In this document: positions 12,301-26,400 of the stretch, piece by piece
Position numbering within the stretch: the first letter of the stretch is position 1
Layout: each line of letters starts with the position of its first letter
Assembly: GCA_964057225.1 (NCBI GenBank)
Contig: OZ059900.1
Span: forward strand, 2,418,001 to 2,482,000
DNA: 64,000 bases
Source of the DNA: Auanema rhodensis
Lineage: Eukaryota > Animalia > Nematoda
Direction: 5' to 3'
The notes under the pieces: model-generated
Databases searched by the model: none
What the model was told of the DNA's origin: nothing
What the model saw: only the letters and a program-made list of their open reading frames with translations
Translations under genes and position numbers: made by a program

Positions 12301-14561
12301 AAACATACAATACACAAAATCAGTCTATTTTTATGAGCTTGCACTGATATATATTCATTTTGATCAAAAAAGGTCGAAAATAGAAAGAATTTTTGAAATT
12401 TCCGAGTTTTGAGTCTAATTTGGCTAAATCGCTCATATATATGATCAAAAGCATAGTTTTATTGTCTATGACAACAAAAGTCATCAATTAAACGCTAGTG
12501 ATGTTTAAATACTGAATTTCGCTCAAATAGCATTACTACACTAAGTATGGTCGTTTTTATGCCTTTAACACCATATACTCACCGATTTTTGGTACAAAAT
12601 CTGTAATACTCGTAAATTTTGTTCATATTCGGTGAGATTCGAGAATCAAACACACAATACACGAAATAAGTTTATTTTGACGAGTTTGCACTGGTATTTA
12701 TTCATTTTGATCAAAAAAGGTCGAAAATAGAAAGAATTTTTGAATTTTCCGAGTTTTGAGTCCAATTGGGCTAAATCGCTCATATATATGATCAGAAGCA
12801 TAGTTTTATTGTCTATGACAACAAAAATCATCAATTAAACGCTAGTGATGTTCAAATACTGATTTTCGCTCAAATAGCATTACTACACTAAGTATGGTCG
12901 TTTTTATGCCTTTAACACCATATACTCACCGATTTTTGGTACAAAATCTGTAATACTCGTAAAATTTGATCATATTTGTTAAGATTTGAGAATCAAACAC
13001 ACAATACACAAAATCAGTCTATTTTTATGAGTTTACACTGATATATATTCATTTTCATCAAAAAAGGTCGAAAATAGAAAGAATTTTTGAATTTTCCGAG
13101 TTTTGAGTCGAATTGGGCTAAATCGCTCATATATATGATCAAAAGCATAGTTTTACTGTCTATGATAACAAAAGTCATCAATTAAACGCTAGTGATGTTT
13201 AAATACTGAATTTCGCTCAAATAGCATTACTACACTAAGTATGGTCGTTTTTATGCCTTTAACACCATATACTCACCGATTTTTGGTACAAAATCTGTAA
13301 TACTCGTAAATTTTGATCATATTCGTTAAGATTTGAGAATCAAACATACAATACACAAAATCAGTCTATTTTTATGAGCTTGCACTGATATATATTCATT
13401 TTGATCAAAAAAGGTCGAAAATAGAAAGAATTTTTGAAATTTCCGAGTTTTGAGTCTAATTTGGCTAAATCGCTCATATATATGATCAAAAGCATAGTTT
13501 TATTGTCTATGACAACAAAAGTCATCAATTAAATGCTAGTGATGTTTAAATACTGATTTTCGCTCAAATAGCATTACTACACTAAGTATGGTCGTTTTTA
13601 TGCCTTTAACACCATATACTCACCGATTTTTGGTACAAAATCTGTAATACTCGTAAATTTTGATCATATTCGGTGAGATTCGAGAATCAAACACATAATA
13701 CACGAAATAAGTCTAGTTTTACAAGTTTGCACTGATATTTATTCATTTTGATCAAAAAAGGTCGAAAATAGAAAGAATTTTTGAAATTTCCGAGTTTTGA
13801 GTTTAATTTGGCTAAATCGCTCATATATATGATCAGAAGCATAGTTTTATTGTCTATGACAACAAAAATCATCAATTAAACGCTAGTGATGTTTAAATAC
13901 TGATTTTCGCTCAAATAGCATTACTACACTAAGTATGGTCGTTTTTATGCCTTTAACACCATATACTCACCGATTTTTGGTACAAAATCTGTAATACTCG
14001 TAAAATTTGATCATATTTGTTAAGATTTGAGAATCAAACACACAATACACAAAATCAGTCTATTTTTATGAGTTTACACTGATATATATTCATTTTGATC
14101 AAAAAAGGTCGAAAATAGAAAGAATTTTTGAATTTTCCGAGTTTTGAGTCCAATTGGGCTAAATCGCTCATATATATGATCAAAAGCATAGTTTTATTGT
14201 CTATAACAACAAAAGTCATCAATCAAACGCTAGTGATGTTTAAATACTGAATTTCGCTCAAATAGCATTACTACACTAAGTATGGTCGTTTTTATGCCTT
14301 TAACACCATATACTCACCGATTTTTGGTACAAAATCTGTAATACTCGTAAATTTTGATCATATTCGTTAAGATTTGAGAATCAAACATACAATACACAAA
14401 ATCAGTCTATTTTTATGAGCTTGCACTGATATATATTCATTTTGATCAAAAAAGGTCGAAAATAGAAAGAATTTTTGAAATTTCCGAGTTTTGAGTCTAA
14501 TTTGGCTAAATCGCTCATTTATATGATCAAAAGCATAGTTTTATTGTCTATGACAACAAAA
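9357..14561 (+). repeat. ~15-monomer block with a dispersed copy at 29142-34346 (offset 19785 bp = 57 monomers)
   Basis: The same ordered series of monomer variants appears: 9522/29307, 10563/30348, 11257/31042, 11625/31410, 11952/31737, 12646/32431, 13687/33472. Several SNP differences separate the copies. Confidence 0.85.
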
Positions 14562-17500
14562 GTCATCAATTAAACGCTAGTGATGTTTAAATACTGAATT
14601 TCGCTCAAATAGCATTACTACACTAAGTATGGTCGTTTTTATGCCTTTAACACCATATACTCACCGATTTTTGGTACAAAATCTGTAATACTCGTAAATT
14701 TTGATCATATTCGGTGAGATTCGAGAATCAAACACACAATACACGAAATAAGTTTATTTTGACGAGTTTGCACTGGTATTTATTCATTTTGATCAAAAAA
14801 GGTCGAAAATAGAAAGAATTTTTGAATTTTCCGAGTTTTGAGTCCAATTGGGCTAAATCGCTCATATATAAGATCAAAAGCATAGTTTTATTGTCTATAA
14901 CAACAAAAGTCATCAATTAAACGCTAGTGATATTTAAATACTGATTTTCGCTCAAGTAGCATTACTACACTAAGTATGGTCGTTTTTATGCCTTTAACAC
15001 CATATACTCACCGATTTTTGGTACAAAATCTGTAATACTCGTAAATTTTGATCATATTCGTTAAGATTTGAGAATCAAACATACAATACACAAAATCAGT
15101 CTATTTTTATGAGCTTGCACTGATATATATTCATTTTGATCAAAAAAGGTCGAAAATAGAAAGAATTTTTGAAATTTCCGAGTTTTGAGTCTAATTTGGC
15201 TAAATCGCTCATATATATGATCAAAAGCATAGTTTTATTGTCTATGACAACAAAAGTCATCAATTAAACGCTAGTGATGTTTAAATACTGAATTTCGCTC
15301 AAATAGCATTACTACACTAAGTATGGTCGTTTTTATGCCTTTAACACCATATACTCACCGATTTTTGGTACAAAATCTGTAATACTCGTAAATTTTGATC
15401 ATATTCGGTGAGATTCGAGAATCAAACACACAATACACGAAATAAGTTTATTTTGACGAGTTTGCACTGGTATTTATTCATTTTGATCAAAAAAGGTCGA
15501 AAATAGAAAGAATTTTTGAATTTTCCGAGTTTTGAGTCCAATTGGGCTAAATCGCTCATATATATGATCAAAAGCATAGTTTTACTGTCTATGATAACAA
15601 AAGTCTTCAAATATACACTAATAATGATTGAATCACTGAATTTCACTCAAATAGCATTACTACACTAAGTATGGTCGTTTTTATGCCTTTAACACCATAT
15701 ACTCACCGATTTTTGGTACAAAATCTGTAATACTCGTAAAATTTGATCATATTTGTTAAGATTTGAGAATCAAACACACAATACACAAAATCAGTCTATT
15801 TTTATGAGTTTACACTGATATATATTCATTTTCATCAAAAAAGGTCGAAAATAGAAAGAATTTTTGAAATTTCCGAGTTTTGAGTCGAATTGGGCTAAAT
15901 CGCTCATATATATGATCAAAAGCATAGTTTTACTGTCTATGATAACAAAAGTCTTCAAATATACACTAATAATGATTAAATCACTGAATTTCACTCAAAT
16001 AGCATTACTACACTAAGTATGGTCGTTTTTATGCCTTTAAAACCATATACTCACCGATTTTTGGTACAAAATCTGTAATACTCGTAAATTTTGATCATAT
16101 CCGTTAAGATTCGAGAATCAAACACACAATACACGAAATAAGTTTATTTTTACGAGTTTGCACTGATATTTATTCATTTTGATCAAAAAAGGTCGAAAAT
16201 AGAAAGAATTTTTGAATTTTCCGAGTTTTGAGTCCAATTGGGCTAAATCGCTCATATATATGATCAAAAGCATAGTTTTATTGTCTATAACAACAAAAGT
16301 CATCAATTAAACGCTAGTGATGTTTAAATACTGAATTTCGCTCAAATAGCATGACTACACTAAGTATGGTCGTTTTTATGCCTTTAACACCATATACTCA
16401 CCGATTTTTGGTACAAAATCTGTAATACTCGTAAATTTTGATCATATTCGTTAAGATTTGAGAATCAAACATACAATACACAAAATCAGTCTATTTTTAT
16501 GAGCTTGCACTGATATATATTCATTTTGATCAAAAAAGGTCGAAAATAGAAAGAATTTTTGAAATTTCCGAGTTTTGAGTCTAATTTGGCTAAATCGCTC
16601 ATATATATGATCAAAAGCATAGTTTTATTGTCTATGACAACAAAAGTCATCAATTAAACGCTAGTGATGTTTAAATACTGAATTTCGCTCAAATAGCATT
16701 ACTACACTAAGTATGGTCGTTTTTATGCCTTTAACACCATATACTCACCGATTTTTGGTACAAAATCTGTAATACTCGTAAATTTTGTTCATATTCGGTG
16801 AGATTCGAGAATCAAACACACAATACACGAAATAAGTTTATTTTGACGAGTTTGCACTGGTATTTATTCATTTTGATCAAAAAAGGTCGAAAATAGAAAG
16901 AATTTTTGAATTTTCCGAGTTTTGAGTCCAATTGGGCTAAATCGCTCATATATATGATCAAAAGCATAGTTTTATTGTCTATAACAACAAAAGTCATCAA
17001 TTAAACGCTAGTGATGTTTAAATACTGAATTTCGCTCAAATAGCATTACTACACTAAGTATGGTCGTTTTTATGCCTTTAACACCATATACTCACCGATT
17101 TTTGGTACAAAATCTGTAATACTCGTAAATTTTGATCATATTCGTTAAGATTTGAGAATCAAACATACAATACACAAAATCAGTCTATTTTTATGAGCTT
17201 GCACTGATATATATTCATTTTGATCAAAAAAGGTCGAAAATAGAAAGAATTTTTGAAATTTCCGAGTTTTGAGTCTAATTTGGCTAAATCGCTCATATAT
17301 ATGATCAAAAGCATAGTTTTATTGTCTATGACAACAAAAGTCATCAATTAAACGCTAGTGATGTTTAAATACTGAATTTCGCTCAAATAGCATTACTACA
17401 CTAAGTATGGTCGTTTTTATGCCTTTAACACCATATACTCACCGATTTTTGGTACAAAATCTGTAATACTCGTAAATTTTGATCATATTCGGTGAGATTC

Positions 17501-19089
17501 GAGAATCAAACACACAATACACGAAATAAGTTTATTTTGACGAGTTTGCACTGGTATTTATTCATTTTGATCAAAAAAGGTCGAAAATAGAAAGAATTTT
17601 TGAATTTTCCGAGTTTTGAGTCCAATTGGGCTAAATCGCTCATATATATGATCAAAAGCATAGTTTTACTGTCTATGATAACAAAAGTCTTCAAATATAC
17701 ACTAATAATGATTGAATCACTGAATTTCACTCAAATAGCATTACTACACTAAGTATGGTCGTTTTTATGCCTTTAACACCATATACTCACCGATTTTTGG
17801 TACAAAATCTGTAATACTCGTAAATTTTGATCATATTCGTTAAGATTTGAGAATCAAACATACAATACACAAAATCAGTCTATTTTTATGAGCTTGCACT
17901 GATATATATTCATTTTGATCAAAAAAGGTCGAAAATAGAAAGAATTTTTGAAATTTCCGAGTTTTGAGTCTAATTTGGCTAAATCGCTCATATATATGAT
18001 CAAAAGCATAGTTTTATTGTCTATGACAACAAAAGTCATCAATTAAACGCTAGTGATGTTTAAATACTGAATTTCGCTCAAATAGCATTACTACACTAAG
18101 TATGGTCGTTTTTATGCCTTTAACACCATATACTCACCGATTTTTGGTACAAAATCTGTAATACTCGTAAATTTTGATCATATTCGGTGAGATTCGAGAA
18201 TCAAACACACAATACACGAAATAAGTTTATTTTGACGAGTTTGCACTGGTATTTATTCATTTTGATCAAAAAAGGTCGAAAATAGAAAGAATTTTTGAAT
18301 TTTCCGAGTTTTGAGTCCAATTGGGCTAAATCGCTCATATATATGATCAAAAGCATAGTTTTACTGTCTATGATAACAAAAGTCTTCAAATATACACTAA
18401 TAATGATTGAATCACTGAATTTCACTCAAATAGCATTACTACACTAAGTATGGTCGTTTTTATGCCTTTAACACCATATACTCACCGATTTTTGGTACAA
18501 AATCTGTGATACTCGTAAATTTTGATCATATTCGGTGAGATTCGAGAATCGAACACACAATACACAAAATAAGTCTATTTTTACGAGTTTGCACTGATAT
18601 TTATTCATTTTGATCAAAAAAGGTCGAAAATAGAAAGAATTTTTGAAATTTCCGAGTTTTGAGTCTAATTTGGCTAAATCGCTCATATATATAATCAAAA
18701 GCATAGATTTACTGTCTATGATAACAAAAGTCTTCAAATATACACTAATAATGTGTAAATCACTGAATTTCACTCAAATAGCTTTACTACACTAAGTATG
18801 GTCGTTTTTATGCCTTTAACACCATATACTCACCGATTTTTGGTACAAAATCTGTAATACTTGTAAATTTTGATCATATTCGTTAAGATTTGAGAATCAA
18901 ACATACAATACACAAAATCAGTCTATTTTTATGAGCTTGCACTGATATATATTCATTTTGATCAAAAAAGGTCGAAAATAGAAAGAATTTTTGAATTTTC
19001 CGAGTTTTGAGTCTAATTTGGCTAAATCGCTCATATATATGATCAGAAGCATAGTTTTATTGTCTATGACAACAAAAATCATCAATTAA

Positions 19090-22000
19090 ACGCTAGTGAT
19101 GTTTAAATACTGATTTTCGCTCAAATAGCATTACTACACTAAGTATGGTCGTTTTTATGCCTTTAACACCATATACTCACCGATTTTTGGTACAAAATCT
19201 GTAATACTCGTAAATTTTGATCATATTCGGTGAGATTCGAGAATCAAACACATAATACACGAAATAAGTCTATTTTTACAAGTTTGCACTGATATTTATT
19301 CATTTTGATCAAAAAAGGTCGAAAATAGAAAGAATTTTTGAAATTTCCGAGTTTTGAGTCCAATTTGGCTAAATCGCTCATATATATGATCAAAAGCATA
19401 GTTTTATTGTCTATAACAACAAAAGTCATCAATTAAACGCTAGTGATGTTTAAATACTGAATTTCGCTCAAATAGCATGACTACACTAAGTATGGTCGTT
19501 TTTATGCCTTTAACACCATATACTCACCGATTTTTGGTACAAAATCTGTAATACTCGTAAATTTTGATCATATTCGTTAAGATTTGAGAATCAAACATAC
19601 AATACACAAAATCAGTCTATTTTTATGAGCTTGCACTGATATATATTCATTTTGATCAAAAAAGGTCGAAAATAGAAAGAATTTTTGAAATTTCCGAGTT
19701 TTGAGTCTAATTTGGCTAAATCGCTCATATATATGATCAAAAGCATAGTTTTATTGTCTATGACAACAAAAGTCATCAATTAAACGCTAGTGATGTTTAA
19801 ATACTGAATTTCGCTCAAATAGCATTACTACACTAAGTATGGTCGTTTTTATGCCTTTAACACCATATACTCACCGATTTTTGGTACAAAATCTGTAATA
19901 CTCGTAAATTTTGTTCATATTCGGTGAGATTCGAGAATCAAACACACAATACACGAAATAAGTTTATTTTGACGAGTTTGCACTGGTATTTATTCATTTT
20001 GATCAAAAAAGGTCGAAAATAGAAAGAATTTTTGAATTTTCCGAGTTTTGAGTCCAATTGGGCTAAATCGCTCATATATATGATCAGAAGCATAGTTTTA
20101 TTGTCTATGACAACAAAAATCATCAATTAAACGCTAGTGATGTTCAAATACTGATTTTCGCTCAAATAGCATTACTACACTAAGTATGGTCGTTTTTATG
20201 CCTTTAACACCATATACTCACCGATTTTTGGTACAAAATCTGTAATACTCGTAAAATTTGATCATATTTGTTAAGATTTGAGAATCAAACACACAATACA
20301 CAAAATCAGTCTATTTTTATGAGTTTACACTGATATATATTCATTTTCATCAAAAAAGGTCGAAAATAGAAAGAATTTTTGAATTTTCCGAGTTTTGAGT
20401 CGAATTGGGCTAAATCGCTCATATATATGATCAAAAGCATAGTTTTACTGTCTATGATAACAAAAGTCATCAATTAAACGCTAGTGATGTTTAAATACTG
20501 AATTTCGCTCAAATAGCATTACTACACTAAGTATGGTCGTTTTTATGCCTTTAACACCATATACTCACCGATTTTTGGTACAAAATCTGTAATACTCGTA
20601 AATTTTGATCATATTCGTTAAGATTTGAGAATCAAACATACAATACACAAAATCAGTCTATTTTTATGAGCTTGCACTGATATATATTCATTTTGATCAA
20701 AAAAGGTCGAAAATAGAAAGAATTTTTGAAATTTCCGAGTTTTGAGTCTAATTTGGCTAAATCGCTCATATATATGATCAAAAGCATAGTTTTATTGTCT
20801 ATGACAACAAAAGTCATCAATTAAATGCTAGTGATGTTTAAATACTGAATTTCACTCAAATAGCTTTACTACACTAAGTATGGTCGTTTTTATGCCTTTA
20901 ACACCATATACTCACCGATTTTTGGTACAAAATCTGTAATACTCGTAAATTTTGATCATATCCGTTAAGATTCGAGAATCAAACACACAATACACGAAAT
21001 AAGTTTATTTTTACGAGTTTGCACTGATATTTATTCATTTTGATCAAAAAAGGTCGAAAATAGAAAGAATTTTTGAAATTTCCGAGTTTTGAGTCTAATT
21101 TGGCTAAATCGCTCATATATATGATCAAAAGCATAGTTTTATTGTCTATGACAACAAAAGTCATCAATTAAACGCTAGTGATGTTTAAATACTGAATTTC
21201 GCTCAAATAGCATGACTACACTAAGTATGGTCGTTTTTATGCCTTTAACACCATATACTCACCGATTTTTGGTACAAAATCTGTAATACTCGTAAATTTT
21301 GATCATATTCGTTAAGATTTGAGAATCAAACATACAATACACAAAATCAGTCTATTTTTATGAGCTTGCACTGATATATATTCATTTTGATCAAAAAAGG
21401 TCGAAAATAGAAAGAATTTTTGAAATTTCCGAGTTTTGAGTCTAATTTGGCTAAATCGCTCATATATATGATCAAAAGCATAGTTTTATTGTCTATGACA
21501 ACAAAAGTCATCAATTAAACGCTAGTGATGTTTAAATACTGAATTTCGCTCAAATAGCATGACTACACTAAGTATGGTCGTTTTTATGCCTTTAACACCA
21601 TATACTCACCGATTTTTGGTACAAAATCTGTAATACTCGTAAATTTTGATCATATTCGTTAAGATTTGAGAATCAAACATACAATACACAAAATCAGTCT
21701 ATTTTTATGAGCTTGCACTGATATATATTCATTTTGATCAAAAAAGGTCGAAAATAGAAAGAATTTTTGAAATTTCCGAGTTTTGAGTCTAATTTGGCTA
21801 AATCGCTCATATATATGATCAAAAGCATAGTTTTATTGTCTATGACAACAAAAGTCATCAATTAAACGCTAGTGATGTTTAAATACTGAATTTCGCTCAA
21901 ATAGCATGACTACACTAAGTATGGTCGTTTTTATGCCTTTAACACCATATACTCACCGATTTTTGGTACAAAATCTGTAATACTCGTAAATTTTGATCAT

Positions 22001-25000
22001 ATTCGTTAAGATTTGAGAATCAAACATACAATACACAAAATCAGTCTATTTTTATGAGCTTGCACTGATATATATTCATTTTGATCAAAAAAGGTCGAAA
22101 ATAGAAAGAATTTTTGAAATTTCCGAGTTTTGAGTCTAATTTGGCTAAATCGCTCATATATATGATCAAAAGCATAGTTTTATTGTCTATGACAACAAAA
22201 GTCATCAATTAAACGCTAGTGATGTTTAAATACTGATTTTCGCTCAAATAGCATTACTACACTAAGTATGGTCGTTTTTATGCCTTTAACACCATATACT
22301 CACCGATTTTTGGTACAAAATCTGTAATACTCGTAAATTTTGATCATATTCGGTGAGATTCGAGAATCAAACACATAATACACGAAATAAGTCTATTTTT
22401 ACAAGTTTGCACTGATATTTATTCATTTTGATCAAAAAAGGTCGAAAATAGAAAGAATTTTTGAAATTTCCGAGTTTTGAGTCCAATTTGGCTAAATCGC
22501 TCATATATATGATCAAAAGCATAGTTTTATTGTCTATAACAACAAAAGTCATCAATTAAACGCTAGTGATGTTTAAATACTGAATTTCGCTCAAATAGCA
22601 TGACTACACTAAGTATGGTCGTTTTTATGCCTTTAACACCATATACTCACCGATTTTTGGTACAAAATCTGTAATACTCGTAAATTTTGATCATATTCGT
22701 TAAGATTTGAGAATCAAACATACAATACACAAAATCAGTCTATTTTTATGAGCTTGCACTGATATATATTCATTTTGATCAAAAAAGGTCGAAAATAGAA
22801 AGAATTTTTGAAATTTCCGAGTTTTGAGTCTAATTTGGCTAAATCGCTCATATATATGATCAAAAGCATAGTTTTATTGTCTATGACAACAAAAGTCATC
22901 AATTAAACGCTAGTGATGTTTAAATACTGAATTTCGCTCAAATAGCATGACTACACTAAGTATGGTCGTTTTTATGCCTTTAACACCATATACTCACCGA
23001 TTTTTGGTACAAAATCTGTAATACTCGTAAATTTTGATCATATTCGTTAAGATTTGAGAATCAAACATACAATACACAAAATCAGTCTATTTTTATGAGC
23101 TTGCACTGATATATATTCATTTTGATCAAAAAAGGTCGAAAATAGAAAGAATTTTTGAAATTTCCGAGTTTTGAGTCTAATTTGGCTAAATCGCTCATAT
23201 ATATGATCAAAAGCATAGTTTTATTGTCTATGACAACAAAAGTCATCAATTAAACGCTAGTGATGTTTAAATACTGATTTTCGCTCAAATAGCATTACTA
23301 CACTAAGTATGGTCGTTTTTATGCCTTTAACACCATATACTCACCGATTTTTGGTACAAAATCTGTAATACTCGTAAATTTTGATCATATTCGGTGAGAT
23401 TCGAGAATCAAACACATAATACACGAAATAAGTCTATTTTTACAAGTTTGCACTGATATTTATTCATTTTGATCAAAAAAGGTCGAAAATAGAAAGAATT
23501 TTTGAAATTTCCGAGTTTTGAGTCCAATTTGGCTAAATCGCTCATATATATGATCAAAAGCATAGTTTTATTGTCTATAACAACAAAAGTCATCAATTAA
23601 ACGCTAGTGATGTTTAAATACTGAATTTCGCTCAAATAGCATGACTACACTAAGTATGGTCGTTTTTATGCCTTTAACACCATATACTCACCGATTTTTG
23701 GTACAAAATCTGTAATACTCGTAAATTTTGATCATATTCGTTAAGATTTGAGAATCAAACATACAATACACAAAATCAGTCTATTTTTATGAGCTTGCAC
23801 TGATATATATTCATTTTGATCAAAAAAGGTCGAAAATAGAAAGAATTTTTGAAATTTCCGAGTTTTGAGTCTAATTTGGCTAAATCGCTCATATATATGA
23901 TCAAAAGCATAGTTTTATTGTCTATGACAACAAAAGTCATCAATTAAACGCTAGTGATGTTTAAATACTGAATTTCGCTCAAATAGCATTACTACACTAA
24001 GTATGGTCGTTTTTATGCCTTTAACACCATATACTCACCGATTTTTGGTACAAAATCTGTAATACTCGTAAATTTTGTTCATATTCGGTGAGATTCGAGA
24101 ATCAAACACACAATACACGAAATAAGTTTATTTTGACGAGTTTGCACTGGTATTTATTCATTTTGATCAAAAAAGGTCGAAAATAGAAAGAATTTTTGAA
24201 TTTTCCGAGTTTTGAGTCCAATTGGGCTAAATCGCTCATATATATGATCAGAAGCATAGTTTTATTGTCTATGACAACAAAAATCATCAATTAAACGCTA
24301 GTGATGTTCAAATACTGATTTTCGCTCAAATAGCATTACTACACTAAGTATGGTCGTTTTTATGCCTTTAACACCATATACTCACCGATTTTTGGTACAA
24401 AATCTGTAATACTCGTAAAATTTGATCATATTTGTTAAGATTTGAGAATCAAACACACAATACACAAAATCAGTCTATTTTTATGAGTTTACACTGATAT
24501 ATATTCATTTTCATCAAAAAAGGTCGAAAATAGAAAGAATTTTTGAATTTTCCGAGTTTTGAGTCGAATTGGGCTAAATCGCTCATATATATGATCAAAA
24601 GCATAGTTTTACTGTCTATGATAACAAAAGTCATCAATTAAACGCTAGTGATGTTTAAATACTGAATTTCGCTCAAATAGCATTACTACACTAAGTATGG
24701 TCGTTTTTATGCCTTTAACACCATATACTCACCGATTTTTGGTACAAAATCTGTAATACTCGTAAATTTTGATCATATTCGTTAAGATTTGAGAATCAAA
24801 CATACAATACACAAAATCAGTCTATTTTTATGAGCTTGCACTGATATATATTCATTTTGATCAAAAAAGGTCGAAAATAGAAAGAATTTTTGAAATTTCC
24901 GAGTTTTGAGTCTAATTTGGCTAAATCGCTCATATATATGATCAAAAGCATAGTTTTATTGTCTATGACAACAAAAGTCATCAATTAAATGCTAGTGATG

Positions 25001-26400
25001 TTTAAATACTGAATTTCACTCAAATAGCTTTACTACACTAAGTATGGTCGTTTTTATGCCTTTAACACCATATACTCACCGATTTTTGGTACAAAATCTG
25101 TAATACTCGTAAATTTTGATCATATCCGTTAAGATTCGAGAATCAAACACACAATACACGAAATAAGTTTATTTTTACGAGTTTGCACTGATATTTATTC
25201 ATTTTGATCAAAAAAGGTCGAAAATAGAAAGAATTTTTGAAATTTCCGAGTTTTGAGTCTAATTTGGCTAAATCGCTCATATATATGATCAAAAGCATAG
25301 TTTTATTGTCTATGACAACAAAAGTCATCAATTAAACGCTAGTGATGTTTAAATACTGAATTTCGCTCAAATAGCATGACTACACTAAGTATGGTCGTTT
25401 TTATGCCTTTAACACCATATACTCACCGATTTTTGGTACAAAATCTGTAATACTCGTAAATTTTGATCATATTCGTTAAGATTTGAGAATCAAACATACA
25501 ATACACAAAATCAGTCTATTTTTATGAGCTTGCACTGATATATATTCATTTTGATCAAAAAAGGTCCAAAATAGAAAGAATTTTTGAAATTTCCGAGTTT
25601 TGAGTCTAATTTGGCTAAATCGCTCATATATATGATCAAAAGCATAGTTTTATTGTCTATGACAACAAAAGTCATCAATTAAACGCTAGTGATGTTTAAA
25701 TACTGAATTTCGCTCAAATAGCATGACTACACTAAGTATGGTCGTTTTTATGCCTTTAACACCATATACTCACCGATTTTTGGTACAAAATCTGTAATAC
25801 TCGTAAATTTTGATCATATTCGTTAAGATTTGAGAATCAAACATACAATACACAAAATCAGTCTATTTTTATGAGCTTGCACTGATATATATTCATTTTG
25901 ATCAAAAAAGGTCGAAAATAGAAAGAATTTTTGAAATTTCCGAGTTTTGAGTCTAATTTGGCTAAATCGCTCATATATATGATCAAAAGCATAGTTTTAT
26001 TGTCTATGACAACAAAAGTCATCAATTAAACGCTAGTGATGTTTAAATACTGAATTTCGCTCAAATAGCATGACTACACTAAGTATGGTCGTTTTTATGC
26101 CTTTAACACCATATACTCACCGATTTTTGGTACAAAATCTGTAATACTCGTAAATTTTGATCATATTCGTTAAGATTTGAGAATCAAACATACAATACAC
26201 AAAATCAGTCTATTTTTATGAGCTTGCACTGATATATATTCATTTTGATCAAAAAAGGTCGAAAATAGAAAGAATTTTTGAAATTTCCGAGTTTTGAGTC
26301 TAATTTGGCTAAATCGCTCATATATATGATCAGAAGCATAGTTTTATTGTCTATGACAACAAAAGTCATCAATTAAACGCTAGTGATGTTTAAATACTGA
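19090..26400 (+). repeat. 12-monomer-offset (4164-bp) duplication containing runs of identical monomers
   Basis: Matches at 19244/23408, 19938/24102 and 20979/25143. The rare combination aaatgctag...ttcactcaaatagcttt occurs at ~20826 and ~24990. Boundaries are approximate. Confidence 0.8.
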